From assembly GCA_951406725.2 (NCBI GenBank), contig OX597835.1, forward strand, positions 2,232,001 through 2,296,000: a stretch of 64,000 nucleotides of DNA, in the 5' to 3' direction. A model generated the notes under the pieces. That model searched no databases. It saw only the letters and a list, made by a program, of their open reading frames with translations, and was not told the DNA's origin. Origin of the DNA: Octopus vulgaris (Eukaryota). The stretch's first letter is position 1. Each line of letters begins with the position of its first letter. This document shows, piece by piece, positions 1 through 13,558 of the stretch. A program made the translations under genes and the position numbers.

Positions 1-315
1 GTCGGTTACGACGATGAAGGTCCCAGCTGATACGATCAACAGAACAGCTTGCTCGTGAAATGAACGTGCAAGTGGCTGAGCAATCCACAGACACGCGTAC
101 CCATAACGTAGTTCTCGGGGAGATTCAGCATCACACAGAATGTGACAAGGCTGAATCTTTGAAATACAGGTACAACTCATTTTTGCCAGCTGAGTGGACT
201 GGAGCAACATGAAATAAAGTGTCTTGCTCAAGGACACAACGCGTCACCGGGAATTGAACTCACGACCTTACAATCGTGAGCCGAATGCCCTAACCACTAA
301 GCCACGCGCCTTCAC
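1..315 (-). mobile_element. tRNA-derived SINE (family C), cut by window edge
   Basis: Reverse complement has a tRNA-like head (ggcgcgtggcttagtggttagg) and the tail shared with 7655..8028 and 32652..33042. Confidence 0.75.
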
Positions 316-372
316 ATACATACATACATACATACATACATACATACATACATACATACATAATTTTGCATA

Positions 373-570
373 GTGAAGGTGCGTGGCTCAGTGGTTAGGG
401 TATTCGGCTTACGATCGTAAGGTCGCAATTTCGGTTCCCGCCGGCACCTTGTGTCCTTGAGCAAGACACTTTATTTCACGTTGCCCCAGTCCACTAAGGT
501 GGCAAAAATGAGTAGTACCTGTATTTCAAAGGGTCAGCCTTGTCACATTCTGTGTGTCATGCTGAATCTC
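373..570 (+). mobile_element. tRNA-derived SINE (family C), 5' part
   Basis: ggtgcgtggctcagtggttaggg head, then gtccttgagcaagacactttatttcacgttg core; inverted relative to 1..315. Confidence 0.7.
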
Positions 571-1064
571 CCTTCAATCTCTCCCTTTCCCTTTCTTTCT
601 CTTCCAATCCGTCATGCACCCTCAACCTCTCTTACATGTTCTGCTCCTACTTTGCCACTGAATACAAAATGTAAATAAACACACCTGATTGCAAAGTCTT
701 TCACGCATTAATAAGTTATGAATAAAAACACAACTCGCAATTTGATCAATGCAATACTTTTCATAACAACTCACCATCACAACCTGCCCTACTTCCTAAT
801 TATCATTCAACAGAGCTCCACCTACTTCAGAACATTTCAGCTAAGCAGAAACTATATAAAACCATGATGAACTCAAAAGTTCCACAGCCCTATCGTGCCT
901 TGGTTGACCGAAACGTCGCTGTCCATAGAATTGTTGTCAATGAATAATAAGTATTGAGTAATCCGTCAGTTTATTGTAAAATTATTTTTTTAATTATAAC
1001 TTGACATAAAAGAAATTTCAATATATATATATATATATATAAGGATTTTTAGTATTTTATTTTC

Positions 1065-1745
1065 TTAAAAGATGGAGTGAGGTGGTATGAGGAAGATCGG
1101 AGTGGTTCTGGGGTCAAAAGGTAGAACATAAAAGTTGCGAATTAGTTTATCTTTGAATGCGACGACAGGCGGGTGGGAGGTGAGAGAGAGTAGAATACGG
1201 TCTGCAAACGCGTGTAAAGACGGTGGGAAAGAGTCAACGTGGTGGGCGTGGCGGAGTGCTCGGTCCACAACTGGTCATCAATTCAAGAAGAAACTTCGCA
1301 TTGTTTGGTACTGGGATTGGAAACCCGAAACAAAGCTGGCAAATGCCGAAGGAATTGAGTGAAGGGCATGATAGATTTCGTTCTTTTGGGTTGAGATGAA
1401 GAGTAGAGGTGACAGGAGTGTGTAGGTTTGTAGTGAACAGAAGTAGAGAGGTAGATGTTGCTTATGGTGATAGAGGTATCTGGAAAGCTAACAAATGTAT
1501 CGGTAAATTCGAAGTCAGGTGAAAAGCGTTGACGAAAAAAGAAAAAATGAAATGGTTGAGCTTGTTGTCTGATAAGGAGGGTGGCCCCGACACAGTCTTC
1601 AATATAACGACCATACAGCTCAGGGAAGGGTCCAGTGAACTGAGCAAAGATTTGCTATTCAATATGTTTTGCAACGAGATTGACATAACTGGGGTTCATC
1701 TTAGTTCCCATAGCGACACCGCTGACTTTGAAAATCCTTCAGAGT
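1065..1745 (-). mobile_element. Penelope-like element reverse-transcriptase relic
   Basis: Minus-strand translation VSGVAMGTKMNPSYVNL...ELYGRYIEDCVG matches PLE RT motifs G.AMG and RYIDD; has stops and frameshifts. Confidence 0.75.
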
Positions 1746-1915
1746 GGGAGGAGCAATGAAGGGTTAAGGCTTTCCACCCGTCACGTCAAGTTCGCGGTAC
1801 TCTTTTTATCGATTTTACTTCAAATTATAAGCCCCACCGGCGCACCCTCTTTTCCTCCCTCTCTCTCACACACATACACACATATACGCATATATGCACT
1901 TATATATGCATAAAA

Positions 1916-1976
<61 letters not shown>

Positions 1977-2102
1977 TTTATATATATATATGTATGTGTG
2001 TGTGTGTGTGTGTGTGTGTACAGAGATAGATAGTGGAAGAGAGTGACTGTGAGTGGGTGAGAAAGAGATATTTACATTTACACGCATTTGTGTGTATATG
2101 TG

Positions 2103-2133
<31 letters not shown>

Positions 2134-2647
2134 GCATATTTCGCCGTTCAAGCGCTCCAGTCACCCGATCAACGAAAGTATACACCTCATTAATTTGTAG
2201 TAAGAGTAACTTTAACAAAGAGTCTCGCACTTAAGAAATGAGGTTCAGGATGGACTGTTGAATAACAGCGATGGAGGAAAGGAGTGGGGGGAGGCCAATA
2301 TTTCAGATCTTTGAATCATAAGCGGATGCTTTTAATCCGGTTTTATTTTCTCCTGAATTTAACTTCTCTGATTTGTTGGTTCTCTCGTTACGTATACAAA
2401 GTGTTGAGGTTCAGTAAAAAAATTTCGGGATGACCTCCATTGCAGAATAACACGTTTGCTCAATGGCTTGTTGCTGGGATTGGCACCGTGGCTAGGGACT
2501 GGATCGCAGCAAAAGTAGCCAAAGCATTGGATTTTTCGTTTATTTACTTATTTATGCTATACTCCGCAATTTGTTATTAGTTTTCATTCGGTCAATCACC
2601 GGTTCACGAAATTTATGATGACAAGAATGGCAAGGAAGTATTTATAT

Positions 2648-2813
2648 AGGCGCAGGAGTGGCTGTGTGGTAAGTAGCTTGCTTACCAACCACATGGTTCT
2701 AAGTTCAGTCCCACTGCATGGCACCTTGGGCAAGTGTCTTCTACTATAGCCTCGGGCCGACCAAAGCCTTCTGAGTGGATTTGGTAGACGGAAACTGAAA
2801 GAAGCCTGTCGTA

Positions 2814-2882
<69 letters not shown>

Positions 2883-2945
2883 ATATGTTTGTGTGTCTGT
2901 TTGTCCCCACAACATCTCTTGACAACCGATGCTGGTGTGTTTTAC
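2648..2945 (+). mobile_element. tRNA-derived SINE (family A, with internal TA/TG microsatellite)
   Basis: ggcgcaggagtggctgtgtggtaag...ggaaactgaaagaagcc; about 15 copies or fragments in the window. Confidence 0.8.
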
Positions 2946-4372
2946 AAAATTGACAGTGAAACCAAACGTCTTGTAAACCGGAACAAATGCATCAGAGGTG
3001 ATTTGAAGATCGGTTTCTATAAGAGACTCTACCACTAGCATAATGTCGTTCACAGATCATGGTTGATGGTTCTAAAGATTTTTCTTTGAGTAGTGTGAAA
3101 CTGAAAAGCACTCCATTTGTACCCGTTTTAAATAGCAACTCCACGTTTGGAATGACGGTTGCTTTTTATTAACACAGAATTTATATCCTTGCTCTCACTC
3201 TGTTTCACACCATACTATCGCCGATGTCGAATTCAAGAGTACGTTCAATATGGCAATATACTTGACTTTTCATACCAATATAAAGTGACTGAGCCACTTG
3301 GTGGAAATGATCTGCGCATTCGAATCTTTTTAGTATTTCCCATAACATGTCCTTGGCAAGGTGTCACAGTTTATCCTCATTAAGATTACCTTTGAAAGAC
3401 AGTTACCTGACAGCTATTATTGCATGCACAAGTAACAATGACAACTACTGTTCTTGTGGCATTTTTCTGCATCATCCAGTGACAACTTCGTTCACATAGA
3501 TGCCTGCAACTCTCGAACAGGGAAAGACTGCAACACATGGAAGTGCCACTCAGGAAACCAATACTTCAGAAAATAAAACTGAAAAGGTTGCTCCCTCCTC
3601 GAATTATAAGCAGATTATGACACGACCATTAGCAAAATCCTCTTTAGGCTAAAGCCTCCATGCAAAATACCTTGGAAGCCTCCTCGATTATGTTATTGAT
3701 ATCAAATTGACTATGACGTTACCCGAATGGGAAACAAAGCCGAAACCAGTTGCGCCAAAGCAATGGCATCTGCTGATGACTGCAAGACTGAACATTGTCT
3801 TATGTCACACCTAAGAATGAGACTCAGAAGTAGAACCCAGAATTTACCCGAGGAACAAAAAGCTGTTACGAAAGAATCAGTAAGCTTTAACAACCGAAAA
3901 ATCCAGTGATTTCTTACAATTTTAAACAAACTCTAGAACAGAATCGAACCATCAGTTCGACCTTCAATGGTCTCGCCTGAAAACTGCATTGGTTTTTGTA
4001 GATGAATCAATTGTCGGGTTCCCAAGCTACAAATAAGATTGGTTTTAATCTGCAAGCTCATCTCAGCAAAAATCTCCACAAGACCTGTTTTGGGAAAAAG
4101 ACTCTTAATCCAGAACTAGCAAAGCTATGTAGCATCGCTTGAAAGCGGAGGTCCAAGCAGACACCGGTAGCATCCAAAAGCGGTTAGTAGCAAGCCAAGG
4201 CCAAGGAAATTTAAACTCACCATCACCTCACTTGTGCTTTCTACCATTCTTTGGCCTGTCAAGACTACCAAGAGGAATGAAAGCTAAAGATGGCTGCATT
4301 GTAACATATGCCAAAACAGTATTGCCAGTAAAGTATTTGAATAAGTGGTGGTTTCATTATTTTGTCCAACCC

Positions 4373-4419
<47 letters not shown>

Positions 4420-4840
4420 AAGGCTCTTGCTGAGTTTTGAACCATCATGCTTAGTTTCCCCAGATCAGGACCACGGCCTACCATACACTCAAAAATGCAA
4501 GGCCAGTTATGAAAACCTAATCGTGTCGCCATTAAAGGCATTAAATTCTCATTGGATATGGCTCGCGTACATCAGATGATGTGTAACCAAGAGAGCGAAA
4601 TCTCGGCAAATAGTTTGGTCGAATTCCCAGAAATTTAGGATTTTGAATTCCTAAACAGAACGACTTCTAGCGCATCACTTCCATGATAGACATTCACATA
4701 TTTATTTGCTTGTTCTGCCTAAAACGAACTTCTGTACTACTCGAAGCTATATAACTCAGCTCTGTGATGAGGTGTTCTCATTCTTTCTACTTAATTTGTT
4801 CTCACTATTTATGAACTATCTTCATATTCTTGTCGGGTGT

Positions 4841-5450
4841 TTAGGTTAAATTTGACAGTTTGCATAACAGGAAAAGAGAATTCAATATCCCATCGATTCC
4901 GCATGGGTTTCCCACTGTGGCCATGGAAAGGTCTTCGAACATCTTGATTTTGGCCACTAGTTCGGCTTCGCTGTTGCAGGCAGAGCGGTTAGTGACTTTC
5001 TCAACCGCGCTCCGCATATAATAATCGATGGGATTACAATCAGAAGCGGGAGGCCAGAAATTGGGGCCGGTGAAGTAGAAATTCTCCGACGACCACTTCT
5101 CATACTTTCCGGAGGTATGGCTAGGAACAGAACCCTGCTGCCGCACATATGGTCTTCCAGCAGCAATCTTCTTCAGCCAGGGGTTGACCACAGTCTCCAG
5201 GACCTTCACATAGCCGCCTGGATTGAGCCTAAGGCCTTGTACAAAGATGCGGAGATGAATTTCGGCGCGCAAACGCGGTCAGGATGCCTGCTGTGTCCCT
5301 TCGTACTGGCCACGTCTTCATAGCAGCTGTCCCAAGCGGCCTTTACATGTTCACAGAGCATTGAGCATTGAACAGCGGTCATGACGTCATCATTTTGAAA
5401 CCCGGTGCAAATTATCCTGATACGGGTAACTCCTTTCAGATATTACTAAG
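4841..5450 (-). pseudogene. Degenerate Tc1/mariner-superfamily DDE transposase
   Basis: YVKVLETVVNPWL...QQGSVPSHTS...FWPPASDCNPIDYY, corresponding to QQD.AP.H and WPP.SPDLNP.D motifs; related pieces at 7365..7650, 48880..49310 and 59190..60700. Confidence 0.75.
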
Positions 5451-5849
5451 GCTTCCAGTCCACTCTGTCAACTTTAATATTTATGTCCCTCAACGCCCTT
5501 GACTGTTCACCAATACAGCAAGCTGTTCCGGAAAAAAAAAGGGGATACAAAATATTGTCAAATTTAGCCGGAAGGCCCAGTATTTAGGACATTGTGCTGT
5601 GAAAACTTGTACTTTTCCCATTTGCTCTCTCTTGAGTGCTGGTCTATTCATTCAGCCGTTGTACGTAGGTGGAAATGCAATTGTTCGTCGTTCGTAAGAA
5701 TGCATGAAAACCAATGCAATATTAGTTTGGCCATCTTGCACAATACACTCACCTCATTAAATACTGTTATTCATCAATAACTCTTTAACAAACCTAATAT
5801 AGGCACAACACACACACTATATATATATACATGTGTGTGTGTGTTTTGT

Positions 5850-5921
<72 letters not shown>

Positions 5922-6581
5922 CTATAGAGAAACCAATCTTGCCATTGATCATTTTCAGGTCCTTAAAAGTAAGTTGCTAAGTTATGGTAATGTCTGTTCT
6001 ATCGACAATCTGCTCTCAATAATCAAGTGTTACAAACATGAAATAATGGACGACAGGACAGAAGCCTTTTCTCGGGGTACCATTCTCCCTTCTCGAAGTT
6101 ATTAGTAACCTTTCTCAAGCTTATAAAGTGCGATTTTCTCAAGTGAAGCATGACTTCAACGCGCCTCGAATCGAACCGAAGTCCATCTCGTCTCATCTCG
6201 GCCCATCTCACTTCGCACCGCTTTCAGTTTGCCGTCTGAACCAAACAATACCGTAACCTCACAATAGGCGTCCATACACACACCCATTACCGACTCGATG
6301 GCGATTGTTCTACCCGACCAATATCTGCCTTAATTACTTCCGGAGCCGTCTATGCGACGTTAATGCAAATTAATAAATCGTATTGACCGACTCCAACTAC
6401 CCACTCCCATGTGTGCGTGCGTGTGTGTGTATGTGTGTGTGCGTGTGTGTATGTGTGTGTGTATGTATGCATTTACGTATGCATATGTATGTGTAGAAAT
6501 ATGCATATATCTACATACACACATACATACGCACACATATACACACACACATGTGAGTATTATACACACACACACACACAA

Positions 6582-6710
<129 letters not shown>

Positions 6711-6867
6711 TAATTTCGCCTTGTTTTTCCATGGTCATTTCTTATCAAGAGAAATCGAGCGAAACGTATTCGGACGAAACATTATGTCATGAGACCAGCG
6801 CGTCACAGATACGAAATCTTGCTTAAATATCTGATGCTCACCCAAGTGTTACTGCTGCTTTCTACAG

Positions 6868-6904
6868 AACTGTATTAAGGAAAAGATCCACTCCTTCTAC
6901 AAAA
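6868..6904 (+). other. Possible upstream non-coding (5'UTR) exon of TMC
   Basis: gctttctacag before and GTAAGTA after, in non-repetitive sequence. Coding exon 1 has an acceptor, so an upstream exon must exist somewhere. Confidence 0.25.
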
Positions 6905-7294
6905 GTAAGTATTATAGTTACCGTTGCTTATTACTGATGGTTATTGTGGTCATTATGTTTTGCGCATTGTAAAGAAAAATTGTGAACTTCGACGCGTACG
7001 TTCTACAAGTACACACGCGCACAGACAGAGATTCATTCATACATACATACCAACATATATAAATACATACACATATATAGTTATCCTGTACTTGTTTTCT
7101 TGTTGAAAAAATTTTTTGGATTTTTCCTTGTGTAGCCTGTCCTGTACTTGTCGTAAAAAAATTTTTGTTTTTCCCGTTTATACGTCTTGTGGCGTCCTGT
7201 ACTTACGTATATTTATTTATATGTGCATGTATATATACATGTAGATGTAGGTACGTACATATATGTTTGTATGTATGCATATGTTTTTATTTAT

Positions 7295-7337
<43 letters not shown>

Positions 7338-7654
7338 AACATATATACGTCTATTCAGAAGTGGTTATTGGAGAATATATACGACGTCACTTGGCCCCAA
7401 TTTCTGGCCTCCTAATTCTTCCGATTGCAATCTCCATGGTTACTATGTGGGTCACAGATGAGAAAGACATTAACTGCTCTCTCTGCTGCACAAAGGCCAA
7501 GCTGGTGACCAAAATCGAGGGCGTGGTCGAAAATGTTCCTAGGGAGACATTGAGGAATATACGCGTCAGAACCTGGAGCAGTCTTGGGGCCGCGATGGAA
7601 GCTGAGGGTGACAACGTTGAATAAACTATTTTATCCCAACCATAATCTAGTTGA

Positions 7655-8028
7655 AGTGGAGGCGCAATGGCCCAATGGTTAGGGCAGCGGACTCGATGTT
7701 TCGATTCCCAGATCGGGCGTTGTGAGTGTTTATTGAGCGAAAACACCTGAAGCGTCACGAGGCTCCGCCAGGGGATATAATGGTGGATCTTGCTGTACTC
7801 TTTCATCCCAAATTTCTCTCACTCTTTCTTCCTGTTTCTGCTGTACCTGAATTTCAAAGGGCCAGCCTTGTCACAATCTGTGTCACGCTGAATCTTCCCG
7901 AGAACTACGTTAAGGGAACACGTGTCTGTAGAGTGCTCAGCCAATTGCACGTTAATTACACGAGCAGGCTGTTCCGTTGATCGGATCTACTGGAACCCTC
8001 TTCGTTGTATCCGACGGAATGCCACGAC
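7655..8028 (+). mobile_element. Full-length SINE family C with 11-bp TSD
   Basis: TSD aatctagttga at 7644..7654 and 8029..8039; tRNA-like head. Confidence 0.85.
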
Positions 8029-8060
8029 AATCTAGTTGATATTTTTTGATTTTTAAAATA

Positions 8061-8626
8061 TTGGGTTGTCCGGAAAGTTCGTGCTGATTTTTAAAGGAAA
8101 GAAAAAGGTCAGTAAATACTTGCCATTGCATTTTTAATCAACCAAATATGAACCATTTTGTTGCACAATGCGTCTCCATCTTTCCTTTAACTTGAAAATA
8201 CCCTCTTCCCAGAATTGAGGTGGTTTCATGGCAAAGAATTCATCAAGGTATCTCTTTACGTCATCCAAGGAATTGAAATTTTTACCATTAAGACTATTCT
8301 GCAGACACCTGAATAAGTGGAAATCTGAAGGAGCAATATCTGGTTAATATGGAGGGTGGGGTAACACATCCCATCCGAGCTGCAGCAATTTTTGTCAGGT
8401 TCCCAAAGCATCAAGTACCGAAAATGAACTTTCTTATCTTCCATTTTAAAGGGTAACAGAATTAACACAGGTTATAGGAACATAAACCTTCTTCCACGGA
8501 AAGATAGCTTAAACTGTGCTCTAAATGAAGGTGTAGTCAAATCCTATTTTATGGACTCAACCGTGTTCTAAAATAAGTCGAAAGGTAAGCTACTATAAAT
8601 CGGCACGAACTTTCCGGACAACCTAA
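8061..8626 (-). mobile_element. Internally deleted mariner element (both TIRs present)
   Basis: TIR ttgggttgtccggaaagttcgtgc at both ends, TA on the left; closely matches the ends of 17398..18599. Confidence 0.88.
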
Positions 8627-9324
8627 CATATATTTTTGGATAGGATATTGATTTCTTTTCCTCTTATGCCAATTGTCAAATTTCGACCGAACACTCAGTA
8701 TGCGTACGTACGTACATACATACATACGACGGGCTTCTTTCAGTTTCCATCTACCAAATTCACTCACAAGGCTTTGGTCGGCCCGAGGTTATAGTAGAAG
8801 ACACTTGCAAGCTACTTACCACGCAGCTATACATACATACATACATACATACATACATACATACATACATACACATACATACACACATACATACACACAT
8901 ACATACACACATACACACACACATACATACACACACACATACATACACACATACATACACACATACATACATACATACATACATACATACATACATACAT
9001 ACATACATACACACACACATACATATAGGCGTAGGCGTGGCTGTGTGGTAAAACATTTGCTTCTCAACCGCAATTTGCTTCGAGGTTCAGTTCCACTGTG
9101 TGGTACCTTGGGCAAATGTTTTCTCCCATGACCTCAAATTGACAAAAGTGTATTGTGAAAAGCTTGGTTGTAGGTTCAATGAGTGTGTGAATCTGAGAAG
9201 GGAATATGTTGAATAAATCATAATTAACTGATCCTCTTGTATTTTCTTTTACCCAGAGCTAGGAACTTTTAGGCACACCCTCCTCTGTGTGTGTGTGTGT
9301 GTGTGACCTCGTGTGTACCCTTTT

Positions 9325-9519
9325 CAAAATGTGACCTCGTGTGTACCGTTGGCGATTTCCCCCCCTGTCTTCTCTTCTCTGGATCTTTCCTTCTATGTTT
9401 CCGACGAAGAGCTCCGTTCGAAACGTTAAACCCTCCTTTCTCGAGCGACCAATAATACTATATTTGTTCCACGTCCTCGCGTTGTTGTTTTTTTTTTGTG
9501 CTTTCTTGTTTGGATTAAC

Positions 9520-9520
<1 letters not shown>
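9325..9520 (+). mobile_element. Short Penelope-type repeat with hammerhead-like motif
   Basis: Second copy at 20416..20619; motif at 9397..9431; sits in dinucleotide repeats. Confidence 0.55.
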
Positions 9521-9608
<88 letters not shown>

Positions 9609-9609
9609 G

Positions 9610-9643
<34 letters not shown>

Positions 9644-9675
9644 TGTATGTATGTATGTATGTATGTATGTATATA

Positions 9676-10045
9676 CGAGCAAAACGCCCCGCGTCCAATG
9701 GTCGGTGCTGAGTTGTCAAACATTTCAACCAAATTTTCTCAAAATATCTTGTCCGACCGTCCCGTAGGCCTCCCCTTTGAGAAACACTGATTTAACCTAA
9801 ATTTCAGACACCAGCAAAAAGAAGAAATAATGATAGACTTTTTTCTATTCCAAGAAAAACGATTTTACAAATACACGTTCCCACGGCTTTATCGATCGCA
9901 TTCTCACCTGGAATCGATTTTTGCAATTTATTCAATACTTATACGCCCTGATACCGTCGGTATCTACATATCAAATTTGAGCGCAATCGGATGGAGGATG
10001 CCCGAGATCCTAGAAGACACACAGACAGACAGACAAAACGGATTT

Positions 10046-10056
<11 letters not shown>
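9676..10056 (-). mobile_element. Non-autonomous Helitron-like element (family 2)
   Basis: Inverted copy of 56783..57180; subterminal hairpin, GACA microsatellite near the 5' end. Confidence 0.65.
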
Positions 10057-10093
<37 letters not shown>

Positions 10094-10879
10094 GAAATGA
10101 AACGCTACTGGTGACGAAAAGAATATTCTTTTGTACTCTGGGCACAAGGCCCGAAAGTTTGGGGGAGGGGGCCAGTCGATTAGATCGACCCCAGTACGTA
10201 ACTGGTACTTATTTTATCGACCCCGAAAGGATGAAAGACAAAGTCAACCCCGGCGGAATTTGAACTCAAATCGTAAAGACAGATGAAACGAGGAAAAGAA
10301 TATTAAGATTCAAATACAGACAAGTCGAACGTTGTAATTATTATAATAAAAATGTATCAAAATCAATTTAAAATTTTGTCACAAGGCCAACAATTTCGAT
10401 GAGTAGAACTAACTCGATTCCATTGACTCCAGTGCTCAACTGGTAATTATTTTATCGACCCCTGAAGGATAAAAGGTAAAGTCAACCTCGGCAGAATTTT
10501 AACTCAGAACATGAAGACGGATGAAATATTGCTGAAGCATTTTCATAATGTATTAATGTTTGAAAATGAAAGCTAAAAAGAATTCCACGGTGGCGACGCC
10601 TAGTGTGATAAGTCAGTGGGAATGAAGTCGGTGGATCACTGAGCAGTGGTGAAGGGTGGAACTGAATTTAAGTCCTGACAGGTGTAGGAATGTGGTAGGA
10701 TTTACCAAGTGGGATGGTCTCGGTGATCTAATTCATTTGCTATAACGAGAGAATTGTGTTTATGTCAGATACCCTTTAGGTATTACCTCCGTCATGCTGT
10801 TGGTATTCCTAATTAGTACTGCTGTGCTGCTCTATGTTTATATAAAGGTGTGGCTGTGTGGTAAGATGGTTGCTTCCCA

Positions 10880-11478
10880 GGCGAGGAGCTGGCAGAAACG
10901 TTAGCACACCGGGCGAAATGCTTACCAGTATTTCGTCTGCCACTACGTTCTGAGTTCAAACTCCACCGAGGTCGACTTTGCCTTTCATCCTTTCGGGGTC
11001 GATAAATTAAGTACCAGTTACGCATTGGGGTCGATGTAATTGACTTAATCCGTTTGTCTGTCCTTGTTTGTCCCCTCTATGTCTAACCCCTTGTGGGTAG
11101 TAAAGAAATAGGTATTTCGTCTGCCGTTACGTTCTGAGTTCTAACCCCGCCGAGGTCGACTTTGCCTTTCATCCTTTCGAGGTCGATAAATTAAGTACCA
11201 GTTACGCACTGGGGTCGATGTAATCGACTTAATACCTATGTCTGTCCTTGTTTGTCCCCTCTGTGTGTAGCCCCTTGTGGGTAGTAAAGAAATAGGTATT
11301 TCGTTTGCCACTACGTTCTGAGTTCTAACCCCGCCGAGGTCGACTTTGCCTTTCATCCTTTCGGGGTCGATAAATTAAGCACCAGTTATGCACTGGGGTC
11401 GATATAATCGACTTAATCCGTTTGTCTATCCTTGTTTGTCCTCTCTGTGTTTAGCCCCTTGTGGGTAGTAAAGAAATA
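10880..11478 (+). mobile_element. Tandem trimer of SINE family B (Nin/Deu-like core), nested in a family-A SINE
   Basis: ~184-bp units with gcctttcatcctttcggggtcgataaattaagtaccag; 12-bp TSD ggttgcttccca at 10868..10879 and 11479..11490. Confidence 0.85.
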
Positions 11479-11628
11479 GGTTGCTTCCCAACCACATGAT
11501 TCTGTGTTCTGTCCCACCAAGTGGCATCCTGGTCTTAGGCAGGTGTCTTCGACAATAGCATCAAGCCGACCAAAGCCGTGTGAGTGGATTTGGTTGACAG
11601 AAACTGAAAGGAACCCGTTGTATGTGTG

Positions 11629-11674
<46 letters not shown>

Positions 11675-11735
11675 TGTGTGTGATAAAAGATAAAAGATAG
11701 ACACACACTCACACACACATAGATAATTGTGAATT

Positions 11736-11771
<36 letters not shown>

Positions 11772-12179
11772 GTAGATAGATATACACGACGGGTTTCTTT
11801 GGGTTCCCGAGTGTGAAATCCACTCACAAGGCTTTCGTGAATTTACTCAACCAGCTCTGTTGCTCTTACGTGCCTCTCCCACCCTTATCTCTAATCAACC
11901 CTCACCTTCTGTCAACCGTCCTTGAACCTTTGTACCTGCAAAAATCATGTTAGGCACGTACAAGTTAATCCTCAAGGAATCTGGAGCATATTATAAGTTT
12001 CCGTAGCATTTTTGGCCAACTTAACCCTGCCTTCCATTCTCCACTGCGTTTTGCAAACTAGTCAGATGTGGCGAGCCATGTTTAAGAAGGCTTTTTTCAA
12101 AGTGCTGTCACAGCCGTCTCCTTCAATCCGGAATAACAAAAGTTGGCAGATCAGCTTATCATGTGTTCGGTAATGGTAT

Positions 12180-12560
12180 AAATCCTTAAAAATGTTTCAG
12201 CCCGAAAGCTGCGCCCATGCTGGGGCACCACTGTTGAATGAGCTACACTAGTATGTAAAACCACGTCTTGTACGTGGCACTTGGTCAGCAAGGGAGTTCG
12301 ACGCCGCTGCCCGCATCTGTGTTTCCTGCCGAGATGTAGGTTCATCTGGAACCCCTGACAAGAAGAGATCCAGTTAAGTTTTAAAGAAACCCACAGCCAC
12401 ACCATGCAGGTTGTTCAGGCATTTAGGAAGGATATTGAAGAGCTGTGGTCCCCTGAAACCCAAGCTGTTGCAGTATCTGGTCCTGTATTTTGATGGTGAT
12501 GTTGGGATCTTTGGTACCATGCAGTGACACCCCGTTCTGCTGTTGGGGGTAACTTTCAAC
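12180..12560 (-). mobile_element. CR1/L2-like LINE 3' fragment
   Basis: RTRYCNSLGFRGPQLFNILPK..L.GV.V..FK resembles a LINE RT C-terminus; second copy at 33676..33930 (+). Confidence 0.6.
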
Positions 12561-12828
12561 AGACATTATAATAATCTCGGACAGTTATAAGCCTCAAAAC
12601 TTCTGAAATTCACCTCTTCGTGTGTGCCTGGTGTGTGTGTGTGTGTGTGTGCATACGCAGGCGTGGCTGTGTGGTAACAAGTTTGCTTCCCAACCACGTA
12701 GTTCCGAGGTCAGTCCCACTGTGTGGCATCTTAGGCAAGTGTCTTCAGCTTTACCTCGGCCCGACCGAAGCCTTGTTAATAGTTTTGATAGGCGGAAACT
12801 GAAAGAAGCCCGTCACACACACATACAC

Positions 12829-13327
12829 CTTAATATAAATTTGAGTGATGTTTCTCTGTTCATTAACTCCTCCTAGACCGTTGGTGCAAAAATAACAAAA
12901 CTCAAACCAGCAATTCCCCTAATCCCAAGGAATGGAGGTGTATATTTTTAAGGGCTACCTAATTGAGATCCCACTGACACCCCTATTTTTACAGTATTTT
13001 AAACTAAATAGATGGCATTGGAAACCAAATCGAAGCAAAGACAATGAATTTCATACCATGAACTCCCAGGGAGTATCTTAAGGAGGCTCAATTTCTGAAG
13101 GGTCACTTAAATGGGGCTCCACTCACTCCCTTATTTTTACTTCATTTACCTCGCTCCTACACTGATTGATTAAACTATGATCAGCATCAGTGCTTAGAAC
13201 ATTTGCAGGAATAAGCTTCATCACACAAGGGTAGAGGGCCGCAAAGCAACCCGATAGTGGGGCCGAAGACCCGAAAAGTGATATCCGCAGGAGTAAGCCT
13301 CAATGGTGGCTTCAAGGCTACACCTAG
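12829..13327 (+). mobile_element. Possible Helitron-like insertion in the microsatellite of a family-A SINE
   Basis: SINE halves at 12657..12815 and 13330..13560 flank it; ends in agcct...aggct hairpin plus CTAG. Confidence 0.4.
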
Positions 13328-13558
13328 GTATGTATATGTCTGTGTGTATGTGTCTTTGCGTCCGTGTCTGTCCTCCCACCACCAATCCACAGCCGGTGTT
13401 TACGTTCCTGTAACTTAGCAGTTCGGCAAAAGAACCCGATAGAACAAGTACCAGGTTTAAAAAAAAAACAAATACCTCGGCTGATTCATTTGACTAAAAA
13501 TTCTCAAGCCGGTGCCCCAACATGGGCATAGTCTAAGGACTGAAGCAAAAAGCAACAG

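Noticed and set aside
3050-4310. Possible LINE RT relic (KYLGSLL-like peptide near 3665)
   Set aside because: Too degenerate to classify or delimit by eye.
10880-11478. Regularly spaced repeats resembling a CRISPR array
   Set aside because: Whole 184-bp units are homologous with no unique spacers, the context is eukaryotic, and there are no cas genes.
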